A stretch of DNA of 48,593 nt, from NCBI GenBank assembly GCA_000960865.2, contig JZWU02000010.1:1-48593 (forward strand). The letters run 5' to 3'. Of the stretch, positions 18,778-28,309 are shown one piece after another; the first letter of the stretch is position 1; every line of letters begins with the position of its first letter. This DNA comes from Vulcanisaeta sp. AZ3 (GTDB taxonomy: Archaea; Thermoproteota; Thermoprotei; Thermoproteales; Thermocladiaceae). Made by a program: the position numbers and the translations under genes. A model generated the notes under the pieces. The model was not told where the DNA came from, made no database searches, and saw nothing but the letters and a program-made list of their open reading frames with translations.

Positions 18778-19072
18778 GACCCAAGATGTTTCTGCGCAGG
18801 TTTAGTCCTTGGGCATCTGTAAGTTAAATTTAGACTTTTCTTTCCTGTAATGCTTCAGGGAGAGGACTCGTGGGCAAAGGCCATTATTAAGTTCTTGCAA
18901 GATGGATAGAGCAAAAATACTGAGCGGCATTTCTAGTATACGTAAAGTATACGTTTACATTATTCTTATTTTCTATTGATATTTAAGAACTTTAGTAGAT
19001 GTTGTTCAGAGACGGAGGTGAGGTAGGTAGGATATTAAATATTAATAAGGGTGTTTCATAGGCGATGCTTTT

Positions 19073-19978
19073 GTGGATATTGGTATAATTAGGCCATATG
19101 AGGTTGAGTATAACCCTGAGGATGTTGTTGATTTAGAGGATGCTATTAGGTCTCTTGGACATAGGGTCAGGAGAGTTTATATAGACATGGTTGGTGTAAG
19201 GCTTGGTAAGGATCGTGTTAGTTATTATCAGTTAATTGGTAGGTCAAATTATGAGGAAATAAATATTGCCGGCGCCATCCTGAGGCACATAGGTGTGATT
19301 AAGGATTTCGAGCAGTTTGCTCATAGGTTATGGGTTGTTAGATCTCTTGAGCTAAATGGTGTATATGTCATGAATCCAATAATGAACTGGTTAATTGCCA
19401 GTGATAAGTTTGCATCCTTAATGTTACTGGCTAGGCATGGGTTGCCTGTTCCTGAAACTGTGGTTAGTGAGAATATGTTCGTGGCTTATAATGCAGTTAG
19501 GGAGTTTGGTAGGTCTGTGGTTAAGCAGTTGAGGGGTGCTATGGGTTTTGGTGTTTTTCAGGTTGATGATGCTGATGTGGCGATGCATATTTTTAGTCAT
19601 TTCGTTAATTTGAGTAAGCCTATCTATGTTCAGAGATTTCTTGATAAGGTTGGTGATGGTGATTATAGGGTCGTGGTTGTCGGTAATGAGGTCATTGGGG
19701 CTGAGTTTAGGAAGGCCGCGGCTTCGTGGAAGTCAAACGTAGCTCAGGGAGCTAAACCTGAACCTGCAGGGATTAATAGTGAGATGGCAGAGTTAGCATT
19801 GAGGGCTGTTGAGGTTCTTGGGCTTGATTATGGCGGTGTGGATATTGCTGAGACAAAGGATGGTTATTATATACTTGAAGTTAATCCAACGATGAGCTGG
19901 CAAGGTTTCAAGAGGGCTACGGGTATTAATCCAGCTGTGCACATAGTTAGTAATCTTATAAGTAAAATTAAACATTAA
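19073..19978 (+). CDS. RimK/LysX family ATP-grasp alpha-L-glutamate ligase
   Basis: DKF..LPVPET, DYRVVVVG, WKSNVAQGA, GVDI, ILEVNPT. Confidence 0.88.
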   Translation: MDIGIIRPYEVEYNPEDVVDLEDAIRSLGHRVRRVYIDMVGVRLGKDRVSYYQLIGRSNYEEINIAGAILRHIGVIKDFEQFAHRLWVVRSLELNGVYVMNPIMNWLIASDKFASLMLLARHGLPVPETVVSENMFVAYNAVREFGRSVVKQLRGAMGFGVFQVDDADVAMHIFSHFVNLSKPIYVQRFLDKVGDGDYRVVVVGNEVIGAEFRKAAASWKSNVAQGAKPEPAGINSEMAELALRAVEVLGLDYGGVDIAETKDGYYILEVNPTMSWQGFKRATGINPAVHIVSNLISKIKH

Positions 19979-19979
19979 T

Positions 19980-20921
19980 TTATTGAGAGTATGTGGCTAT
20001 TATTTTAGATGCTATGCTTATTATCTTTAATGCTGTATCTACAGCGTCAAAACCGAACACGTAGGTGACAGGTTCAAGGGCATAGCCTCCAAGGTCTATT
20101 ACTGCCATCAACGTTGGGTCATTACATAGCGCCTTAGCTACTGAGTTTATGACCTCATCTTCGCTTGTTTTTTCATGAGGTCCTATCTTTACGTACTTCA
20201 TACCCAATTCCCTGAGGGTTCTCTCAACTTTTTCATCATACTTTATACTAGCCACGGACCTATACCTTGGATTTGCCTTCATGCATTTTATTATTAATTT
20301 TCCAAGATGCCTTGAGCCACCATATATAGGCTCAGAACCTATGATAACTTTACCATCATGGGCATCTATCCTGCCGGGCACGCCAACTGCATCCATTTCA
20401 TTTGTGGCGCCCGGCTTTGCTTCAACTATGTTCATGAGTACCCTTGGTGTTACTGTCTCGATCTCAGGATGTTCTTCAAGCAGTGTTAAGGCTCTCCTTA
20501 AGCTTCTAGTTGTTGAATCTCCAATACCAGTTATTAGTATAGAGCATGCATTGCAATTAGCTGGTATTGATGGAACTACCCTTCTGTGTGCCTTACAAAG
20601 CCTTAGTGAGCCTAGTTCCATAGTTATGGTGTTTGTTAGGTACTCGAGGGCTTCATACTCCTTATTACTGAGTATTAACTCGACAATATTATTAACAATC
20701 CTATCAAGCCAATCTTTACTCAACCCTAAATCTTCTGCTTTACTAATTATTTCATTAATGTCTCTACTTACATATCTATTAACGGCAGGTTGTGTTATTC
20801 CAAGGATCCTAGCAATCCTTAATTGACTATAACCATTTTCAAGGAGCCTCTTAGCTACTAAGCTCCTTATTATTGGTAGTACATTCTCAGTTACAAATTC
20901 AAAACCTGTGCTTATACTCAC
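19980..20921 (-). CDS. thiR: ThiR-like regulator (HTH plus ThiN thiamine-phosphate synthase domain)
   Basis: N-terminal SQLRIARILGITQPAVNRY HTH and C..H..C..C motif; ThiN-like PRVLMN, GVPGRI, GGSRHL, DLGGYALEP. Confidence 0.8.
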   Translation of the reverse strand: MSISTGFEFVTENVLPIIRSLVAKRLLENGYSQLRIARILGITQPAVNRYVSRDINEIISKAEDLGLSKDWLDRIVNNIVELILSNKEYEALEYLTNTITMELGSLRLCKAHRRVVPSIPANCNACSILITGIGDSTTRSLRRALTLLEEHPEIETVTPRVLMNIVEAKPGATNEMDAVGVPGRIDAHDGKVIIGSEPIYGGSRHLGKLIIKCMKANPRYRSVASIKYDEKVERTLRELGMKYVKIGPHEKTSEDEVINSVAKALCNDPTLMAVIDLGGYALEPVTYVFGFDAVDTALKIISIASKIIATYSQ

Positions 20922-20972
20922 ACTCTCTCGTAATGTCTAACAAAGTTAATATGCCTTATTTTTCCTCATTAA

Positions 20973-21695
20973 TCAAAGGCTTTTCATTTCATTAAGCATT
21001 TCTGTGATGGTATCGAGAGGATTCTCGTTGGTTGATTTCTTACTAATTACATTACCACCTTTTGTGAGAAGGATTAGATATTTGTTTGCGTGTGTCTTTT
21101 GTGCGTCGTTAATGTAGGTCCTGAATAATAGGTACTTATCACCGCTTATCAATGCAATCTCTAAGGGCATTGTGGATACTCTGCATAAGCATGTTGTGCT
21201 TATTCGTCCACTGCTTATGTAGTTACGCATTACTCCCAATGTTGTTAGTATTAACTTTATGTTGTCTTTATTCACATATCCCGTATTTATAAATAAGGTA
21301 TCGCCAACTCTGTATGGGCAGATTAATGGGTGGTAATTACTGATATATTCTGAGGGATCTCCTATTAATATGAATGTATTCCTTATGGTGAGCCAATCAC
21401 CATATTTCTTGAGGTCTATATTACTCCTACTTGGTATTCTAATAAATGCATCATCACTTAGCGTATATGATCCATATCTACTATTCAGGTCCATAGCCTT
21501 AATTATGTATTGTCCAAAGGATGCTATGGCTGCATGTCCTGATACTTGCTTATCTGCCCTAAGTTCGTCAATGAGTTCAATGCCGAGTAAGTGATCCAGA
21601 GTAGAGATGCTGTTATCATTGTTATTCCATAGGGCTAGTTTATTGTTTACCCTACCTAATATTAGTGTGATTGGTGTTTTAAAGGCTATTGTCAT
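20973..21695 (-). CDS. Hypothetical protein
   Basis: 240-aa ATG ORF with no recognised motif. Confidence 0.6.
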   Translation of the reverse strand: MTIAFKTPITLILGRVNNKLALWNNNDNSISTLDHLLGIELIDELRADKQVSGHAAIASFGQYIIKAMDLNSRYGSYTLSDDAFIRIPSRSNIDLKKYGDWLTIRNTFILIGDPSEYISNYHPLICPYRVGDTLFINTGYVNKDNIKLILTTLGVMRNYISSGRISTTCLCRVSTMPLEIALISGDKYLLFRTYINDAQKTHANKYLILLTKGGNVISKKSTNENPLDTITEMLNEMKSL

Positions 21696-21755
21696 TGTTT
21701 TGCTTTCCTTTAATTTAATTATTTAGGTTTTATATGTGTTCACGCCGCGTATTCT

Positions 21756-22211
21756 GTGAAATCATCGGTAATAAGTGATGATATAACGAGGAGGTTATTA
21801 GAGATCGTTGGTGAGGATTGGGTAAGTATTAGGGAGATAGAGAATATCCTTAGGATTAAGATTACCCTTGAAACTCTTAATAGGTTAAGTAGGTCAAGAG
21901 TTCTCGAGGTTATGTATAACACGTTTGATGAAACATTTTACCTAAGGAGAAAGAGAATAACTAGAGAGGTTAATGCTGAGGATGTCGACGGGGGAGGCAG
22001 TGAGGGAGAGGGTAAGTTAAATCTTCAGAGGGTTGTGGAGAAAATGAGGGATGAATTTCGTGGTATGGTTCCAAAACCTGAATTTGAGGATTGGCTTAGT
22101 AGTAATGTTAATGGGAATTGGCGTTTGGTCTATAATCAATTATTAAATGATGACGTTATTGAAGAGGTCATAGTCTCAGGCATGGTTTTCGTGAAGGTTA
22201 TAAATGAATAA
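21756..22211 (+). CDS. Hypothetical protein, possibly two winged-helix-like domains
   Basis: Two short helical/beta-wing units separated by an acidic Gly linker (DVDGGGSEGEG). Confidence 0.55.
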   Translation: MKSSVISDDITRRLLEIVGEDWVSIREIENILRIKITLETLNRLSRSRVLEVMYNTFDETFYLRRKRITREVNAEDVDGGGSEGEGKLNLQRVVEKMRDEFRGMVPKPEFEDWLSSNVNGNWRLVYNQLLNDDVIEEVIVSGMVFVKVINE

Positions 22212-22218
22212 TAAATTA

Positions 22219-22704
22219 TCATGGTAATGATATATATTCATCATCCCGTCTCTTAAGGATACCTGCAAAGACGCTCCATTCGGCCAGTAAAATCTCGAGT
22301 AAGTGTCCAATACCCGGTTCCCTGGCTTCTGCATAACCCTTCTTATCTAGTTCTTCTATGAGTTCATTGATCTTAAATGGCTTACGTAAGCCAAGGACGT
22401 AGGCTGTGTGAAATGGTTCAAGGTTAAGAAGCCTTTGCTTTAGTATTCTCTTTCTATCACTAATCTTGGCGTTCAAAAATTCCTTACCTGTATTTGTAAT
22501 TTTAACATCACCGTTATCAACATCAACAAAGCCTAGATTGACGGCTGCATTTAGGGCAGGCATTAAGTCGTCTATATCAGACTCCATCTCTTTAGCGATC
22601 ATGAATATATCGGCTTGGCCTCCAAACTCATTGGTCAGTGTATCTATTAGTCCTAATACATCAGCAAGCCTTGCATCGAGGGGCATAAAGGGTAAATCCG
22701 GCAT
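22219..22704 (-). CDS. Stand-alone AAA-associated C-terminal domain (NitT/TauT ABC ATPase C-terminal-like)
   Basis: GGQADIFMIAKEMESDIDDLMP..AAVNLGFV...GDVKITNTG pattern. Confidence 0.7.
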   Translation of the reverse strand: MPDLPFMPLDARLADVLGLIDTLTNEFGGQADIFMIAKEMESDIDDLMPALNAAVNLGFVDVDNGDVKITNTGKEFLNAKISDRKRILKQRLLNLEPFHTAYVLGLRKPFKINELIEELDKKGYAEAREPGIGHLLEILLAEWSVFAGILKRRDDEYISLP

Positions 22705-22776
22705 AATCTGTACTTTAACTTAAATGCCCGGTGGTTAATAAGCATTTATCTCCTAAATGATGGTCATACGTAAGAC

Positions 22777-23328
22777 TTAAATCTGACTAATAACTAGTCT
22801 ATGTAGAACAATGTTACATTGTTCACAAACTTCAACGTGTTCGTCAACCCAAGTTTTCCACTTATGTGATAAGTATCTTGAGGATATGAATATGGTCATT
22901 AAGCGGCCACATTTAGGGCATGCATCGCCTTTAAGTAGCACATTACTGGCCTCTCTATAATTATTCGTTATTGCTAGGTTTATACCATCCTCTAGATCCT
23001 CCTCTAGTTTATTTATATTTATTGAGTAAACTTTTACATTCAGTTCTTTCCCAAACCAATAGTGAGCCTTCGATAAATTATTAACGATATAGTCAGATAT
23101 TACGTAAGGTCTCTCGGAGACTACGAAGATGGCATTTATATCCTCAAGTTCAAGTTTCTCTATCATTTCTAAGGGGTTTGTCCACAATGGAGGATAATCA
23201 GGTGCTAACCACACCTTGATTCTAAATCTACTTAGGGCTGCCTTTATTGAATCATCATGAATAGCCACAATACTAAAGCCTCTTCCTTCAAGTTCTTCGG
23301 TTATCCTGTCAATGATGTTCATGAACAA
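22777..23328 (-). CDS. Hypothetical protein with C-terminal zinc ribbon
   Basis: CPKC...CEQC pairs. Confidence 0.65.
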   Translation of the reverse strand: MFMNIIDRITEELEGRGFSIVAIHDDSIKAALSRFRIKVWLAPDYPPLWTNPLEMIEKLELEDINAIFVVSERPYVISDYIVNNLSKAHYWFGKELNVKVYSININKLEEDLEDGINLAITNNYREASNVLLKGDACPKCGRLMTIFISSRYLSHKWKTWVDEHVEVCEQCNIVLHRLVISQI

Positions 23329-23361
23329 TAATATTCTTTAATAATTGAGTTAATAAGTTAT

Positions 23362-23414
23362 TCAATGATGAGGACCGGAGAAATGATGGGTGAAGAGACC
23401 ACGCAGGTCTGAAT
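23362..23414 (+). ncRNA. C/D box sRNA candidate
   Basis: Intergenic ATGATGA (C, 23365-71), ggaccggagaa, ATGA (D'), tgg, GTGAAGA (C'), gaccacgcaggt, CTGA (D, 23409-12). The guides are GC-rich inside an AT-rich spacer. Confidence 0.8.
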
Positions 23415-24176
23415 TTACTTAATTGAGAGGGTTGGAAATGCTCTAAGGGTATTTTCGATTATTATATCGTTAAGTTCATCAACATCCATGCTTAATAATT
23501 CACTTAGTTCTTTCAACACTAACTTAATATGAACTGGCCTTGAAGGTTCACTTGCGCTGGGGCCTAGTTCAGGTGTATCGCTTTCTAGGAGCAGTCTATT
23601 GAGGGGTATAGTAAGAACTAGATCTCTTTTTTGCTGTGATCTAACTATGGTTGGTGGTATTGAGAAGTAGCAACCAAGGTCTAATAATCTTCTTGCTTGG
23701 TCTCTATTGCCACTAAAGGCATGCGCTATGCAACGAACGGGCCCATGTTTAGCTAATAGTTTTGTTACATCATTCTCGGCATCTCTTGAATGTATTATTA
23801 ATGGTTTATCTAATTCTTTAGTGATTTTGATCCATTTTACGAATATATGTCTTGATAATTCTCGAAGTATCGGATCTCTGACCTTGTTATAATCAAGGCC
23901 GACCTCACCAATGCCAATGATTAAGTCTTTATTCTCTATAATCACATTCATTATCTCCTGAACTTCCCTGACATCAAAGCTCTCATAATCATAACCCAAG
24001 GCTGTGAATACGAACCCCCTATATTCCTCAATAATTCTCAAAGCGTTGCGTATTTCTTTAAGGCTTGTTGTGACATTAATAATGCCTAGTAATCCTTCTC
24101 TCTGTGCTTCGTTTATTAGTTCCCTAGCGTGAATGTATATATCCTGTCTACTTAAGTGTGCATGCGTGTCAATCAA
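23415..24176 (-). CDS. tatD: TatD family hydrolase/nuclease
   Basis: IDTHAH, GIGEVGLDY, IIHSRDA, HAFSG, LLESDTP. Confidence 0.92.
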   Translation of the reverse strand: MIDTHAHLSRQDIYIHARELINEAQREGLLGIINVTTSLKEIRNALRIIEEYRGFVFTALGYDYESFDVREVQEIMNVIIENKDLIIGIGEVGLDYNKVRDPILRELSRHIFVKWIKITKELDKPLIIHSRDAENDVTKLLAKHGPVRCIAHAFSGNRDQARRLLDLGCYFSIPPTIVRSQQKRDLVLTIPLNRLLLESDTPELGPSASEPSRPVHIKLVLKELSELLSMDVDELNDIIIENTLRAFPTLSIK

Positions 24177-24240
24177 GAGAGCTCCATTATTAGCCTTAGC
24201 TATTACTTAAAAGCGTTGATTTTGAGGTTTCTCAAAGGAT

Positions 24241-24699
24241 TTGATGTTCATAAATAGGTTTTTAAGGAGCATGTTATTATTGGCATTGATGTCATCGCTA
24301 GACATAAACCCATTGATGTATAGGTTCGTGAGGTACTGTTTAAATAGGGCTTATCTAGACTTAGATGACTCGAAGCTATCGGCTGATGATAGATACAGCT
24401 TGGAGACTATACTATCATTGATTAGGCAGGCTGAGGATGGTTGGAGGGATGTTAATGATGTTACTAATTTCATCGAGAATGAGTTACCGAATATTTATAA
24501 GGAGGCCCTTGAGAGATTACCCAGTGATATTGTTGATAAGTTGTTTAAAACGATGCTGAATAATTGTAAGGAGCTTAATGAGGTAAGCAGTAATCCTAAT
24601 ATTATCAATGCAATAGATAATGCTTTAAGTAAATTAGACGAGATAAAAAGTGAGTTTATTAAGGAGCCGAAGAAGCGTATCTACGAGCCGTCAACTTAA
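24241..24699 (+). CDS. Hypothetical helical protein (true start probably MSSLD near 24289)
   Basis: Charged alpha-helical ORF heading a co-directional gene run. Confidence 0.65.
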   Translation: MMFINRFLRSMLLLALMSSLDINPLMYRFVRYCLNRAYLDLDDSKLSADDRYSLETILSLIRQAEDGWRDVNDVTNFIENELPNIYKEALERLPSDIVDKLFKTMLNNCKELNEVSSNPNIINAIDNALSKLDEIKSEFIKEPKKRIYEPST

Positions 24700-24734
24700 G
24701 CACTTAATTAATCATATTGATGTTTATTAATTGA

Positions 24735-26324
24735 ATGAAAATTAATGATTACATATATTCATTGTTAAAGGATCAGAGAACAGTCTTACTCAATGCCTAT
24801 CCAGGCTTTGGTAAGTCTAGAATGGCCATTGATATTGTCAGAAGGTGGATTAAAGATGGTGGCGAGGTCTTAGTAGTAACAAGGTCAAGGGCGGAGGCTC
24901 TTCAGTTATGTGAATTTGCAGTGAATGAAGGTATTAGGGATAGAGTGTCGCTCTTTCTCGGTAGAGAATTATTATGTCCATTTAATGCTAAAGATTCTAA
25001 GCAATGTTTTGTTAATAGATTAAGTGGTTTATGTAGGGTTCAGAAGGTTAATTCCTCAAAACAGTTCCTTGTCTGTAATCCACTGGAGTTATTTAATGAG
25101 GGGTTATGTCCGTATGAGGTCAATGAAGCATTAGCTTATCAATTGCCAGTGGTCATTGCAACCCATGCTAATTTATCAAGTCCTGAGTTATATAGTAGGT
25201 TAATAGATATAATTAATAATTGGAGTAAGCCGCTGGTTATAATTGATGAGTTCCATAATGTAGCTGCTGGTCTTGAGGTCTCTGTACCAATATCAATTGA
25301 TGAATTAATACAATGGGCGTTGAGAGGTAATGAGATTGCCAGGAGGGTATTAAGTAGAATTAAGGATATTATGCCTGAAAGAGAAATTATTGTACTAAGG
25401 AAATTTAATATTGATGAGTTACTGGCTGGTTCAAGTGCATTTAGTGATAAGGTTGTCGAGATGCTAATGCATTATGGAAATGACATTTGTGTCTTTACCT
25501 ATGACGGTAAGTTAGTTAGGTTGAGATGCTTATCGTTAAGTCCTATACGTGATTTATTAATGAGAGTTCACAGTGCCTTGCTGTTAACTGCTTCAATGAG
25601 TAGGAGGTTCTCAAGTATAGCCAATGCTACCGTTAAGTCCGTTCATTATATGGAGATTGAGTCAATACCTAGGGAGTATCAAGATAATCTTACTGTGATA
25701 TTGATAAGGAATTTAGAATTTACATTCCGTAATAGATTAATGAGAAATTACCTTAACGTCGTTAATAGAGGCATTAAGACTTTCATAGAATCTGCACCAC
25801 CTGTAGGTGGGTTAGCCATATTCTTCCCTAGTATTGATTATATGAATACTTACCTAAGTAATTACTCACCACCAATTTGGGGAGTTCCAACGTTCATTTT
25901 AGACAATACCAAAATCACTGAGTTAATTGCTGCATTTAAGGAGAGTGCCAGGTCTGCAAAGTCCGTGTTAATAACATATGCATATAACCCTATTAGTGAG
26001 GGCATAAACTTCCTCGATCAAGAACTCATTGGTATCATGATTGTGGGCTTGCCTCTTCCTCAGTACAGTCAATGGGGTTTCGTGAAGGCGCATTATTATA
26101 GTAGGATGGGGATTAGTGGTTTTGCAACGGCTTTTCTATTTCCAGCGATTTCAACCACGATTCAGGTAGTCGGTAGGTTATTGAGGAGTTTAGAGAGACA
26201 TAAGAAAGTTGCCGTACTATTTGACGATAGATATTATAGATATAGAAGGTATATGCCTAAGTGGTTATTATTGAGCATGGAGATAATGAGTTTTTCTCAG
26301 TTCTTAAAGTGGTCATGGCCTTAG
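24735..26324 (+). CDS. XPD/Rad3/DinG family Fe-S DNA helicase
   Basis: Walker A AYPGFGKS, Fe-S Cys in GRELLC..C..C..CPYE, DEFH, LTAS, SEGINF, GLPLP, QVVGRLLR, DDRY. Confidence 0.88.
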   Translation: MKINDYIYSLLKDQRTVLLNAYPGFGKSRMAIDIVRRWIKDGGEVLVVTRSRAEALQLCEFAVNEGIRDRVSLFLGRELLCPFNAKDSKQCFVNRLSGLCRVQKVNSSKQFLVCNPLELFNEGLCPYEVNEALAYQLPVVIATHANLSSPELYSRLIDIINNWSKPLVIIDEFHNVAAGLEVSVPISIDELIQWALRGNEIARRVLSRIKDIMPEREIIVLRKFNIDELLAGSSAFSDKVVEMLMHYGNDICVFTYDGKLVRLRCLSLSPIRDLLMRVHSALLLTASMSRRFSSIANATVKSVHYMEIESIPREYQDNLTVILIRNLEFTFRNRLMRNYLNVVNRGIKTFIESAPPVGGLAIFFPSIDYMNTYLSNYSPPIWGVPTFILDNTKITELIAAFKESARSAKSVLITYAYNPISEGINFLDQELIGIMIVGLPLPQYSQWGFVKAHYYSRMGISGFATAFLFPAISTTIQVVGRLLRSLERHKKVAVLFDDRYYRYRRYMPKWLLLSMEIMSFSQFLKWSWP

Positions 26325-26361
26325 CGCCTTATTAGTATCAATGAGCATTAGTTGTTGAGAA

Positions 26362-27753
26362 TTGATGAATTTAATAACTATTGGTACTTTCGTGATACCG
26401 ATATCGCTAGGAATAGCTTCATTAATTAGGGAATACTCAGCGGATAACGTTACGATAGGTACACGCTTCTTCATACCCTATAAAGTATCACTTGATAAGC
26501 ATCTTTGTGTTCTAGGTTCCACAAGGTCTGGTAAGTCATCTCTTATCAGGGCAATGATTAAGGAGTTGAGTAAGAGGTATGTGGTTACAGTACTTGATTG
26601 GCACGGTGAATACGTAGGAGTATTGCCAACAATACCAACATCAGCCGTAGAGATAAACCTCGAGAGGATACCGCCTAAGCTGCTAACGGAAATTCTAGGC
26701 TTTGGCCTTGGCCTTAATGAACCAAGCATGTATATGTTCTATAGGATAATTAGAGATGGAGGTTACACGAGCTTCAGTGATTTAATAAGTAAGATCGATA
26801 ATTACTTAGTCGATACAAGAACCGAGGCAGAAATGAAAGCTGCAATTCTCAGAAGACTTGAGTATGTGGCTTCAAACATAGGTAAAGGCCTTATAAGTAT
26901 TGAAGAGCTTATGAAAGGAGATTCTGTAATTGACCTCAGCGACTTGACAATAATTGAGGAAAAGCGTCTCGTATCATCATTAATCTTGGCAACTCTATAT
27001 ATGCAGTACATGAAAAGTGGGCTTATAGGAAGAGGCGTTGAGCATATTCTGATAATCGAGGAGGCACAAAACCTAGTAAATATGAATAGTTTAGGCTACT
27101 CAATAATCGATCATGTAATAATGGAATTAGCTAAGTATGGATTAAGAGTAGTGCTAATCAGTAACGTAATACCAAGGACCTCATTATTAAAGCACTGCAA
27201 TATAGTCCTGTTCAAGATAAACCCAGAACTTCTAGGCAATGATGAAATATCTCTTTCAAGGGATTTGTTCGAGAAGCTTAGTAAAATGACCATTGAAGAT
27301 GTATTAGTAATTACTAATAAAGGCATCGTTAAGGTAAGACCCTTAAGATCGCCAGCCCACCCTAACCACATAATAATTAGGAGAATTGAGGAAAAACAAT
27401 CATCATATATGAACGATAAAACTATGGACAATAATACTGAGCATCTTGAAAATACCTTAACTAATAATGAGAATAAAAGTAATGAGAGGACTTATGAAGG
27501 CAGTTTCAATGTAAATAATAATGGTAATAAGTTAATACAGAATGCTGCAGAAGTATTAGCTAAGGGTAATGTCTCATTACCTAATGACGAATCAATATTT
27601 AAGAAGCAAATAGCTGAGTTAGAGAGAGAAGTTCTAAATTTAAGGGATAGGATTAGTGAAATTGAGCGTATCCTAGAAGTTGATGAGAAAATGATCGAAA
27701 GAATACTGGAATTTGATAATAAACTGAAAGGTAATAGTAAGGATAACCAGTGA
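26362..27753 (+). CDS. HerA/FtsK/VirB4-like (DUF87) ATPase with N-terminal hydrophobic segment and C-terminal coiled coil
   Basis: HLCVLGSTRSGKS, LDWHGEY, IIEEAQN, KYGL; heptad-rich tail. Confidence 0.82.
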   Translation: MMNLITIGTFVIPISLGIASLIREYSADNVTIGTRFFIPYKVSLDKHLCVLGSTRSGKSSLIRAMIKELSKRYVVTVLDWHGEYVGVLPTIPTSAVEINLERIPPKLLTEILGFGLGLNEPSMYMFYRIIRDGGYTSFSDLISKIDNYLVDTRTEAEMKAAILRRLEYVASNIGKGLISIEELMKGDSVIDLSDLTIIEEKRLVSSLILATLYMQYMKSGLIGRGVEHILIIEEAQNLVNMNSLGYSIIDHVIMELAKYGLRVVLISNVIPRTSLLKHCNIVLFKINPELLGNDEISLSRDLFEKLSKMTIEDVLVITNKGIVKVRPLRSPAHPNHIIIRRIEEKQSSYMNDKTMDNNTEHLENTLTNNENKSNERTYEGSFNVNNNGNKLIQNAAEVLAKGNVSLPNDESIFKKQIAELEREVLNLRDRISEIERILEVDEKMIERILEFDNKLKGNSKDNQ

Positions 27754-27787
27754 AGCAATTCCGTGTGACTCTGTCGATCATAGGGTT

Positions 27788-28309
27788 GTGAGTGTATCTT
27801 TAAATCAATTTATTTATTTAAGCAGATATATACGAAAACCCTGGTGCAAAATGACATCAACCGAGAACCTAATGATGGACACGAAGAAAGTGAAAATCCT
27901 AATACTTCAGATGTTAAGAGATATGGTACTGAACGCTAAGGGTCAGTTAATAACCTTCAGACCAGCAAAGGTAGCCCAAGACATATCCATATGGACCAGG
28001 AAAAGCCCGAGGTCTGAGTCTGTGATAGTAAGGAACTTCCTCGAGGAACTTGTGGAGCTCGGTTTAGTCAGAGTTATTAAGAGAAGCGCTAGGGGTAAGG
28101 TCTATGGTATCATGAGAGGTACAGAGTTCTGGTTTATCCTTGAGCGTAATAATGTGCATGAAATTTTATCCTTCATAACTGATTATAGGGCTACGAAGAG
28201 AAATAATACAAGTATGAATATGTTTGGGGGATTAACTAATGCACAAAAAATAGGTTCAATGCACATTGCGATGGATGGTAACGGCAAGAATTTATCAAAT
28301 AATTCATGA
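27788..28309 (+). CDS. Winged-helix DNA-binding protein (start may be near 27851-27875)
   Basis: VRNFLEELVELGLVRVIKRSARGKVY wHTH wing. Confidence 0.65.
   Translation: MSVSLNQFIYLSRYIRKPWCKMTSTENLMMDTKKVKILILQMLRDMVLNAKGQLITFRPAKVAQDISIWTRKSPRSESVIVRNFLEELVELGLVRVIKRSARGKVYGIMRGTEFWFILERNNVHEILSFITDYRATKRNNTSMNMFGGLTNAQKIGSMHIAMDGNGKNLSNNS

Noticed and set aside
20281-20826. Long antisense ORFs (also 41170..41613, 33111..33518, 33600..33974, 43425..43832, 29567..29920 and other short ones)
   Set aside because: They lie opposite well-supported genes and have the S/I/L/P-rich composition typical of shadow frames.
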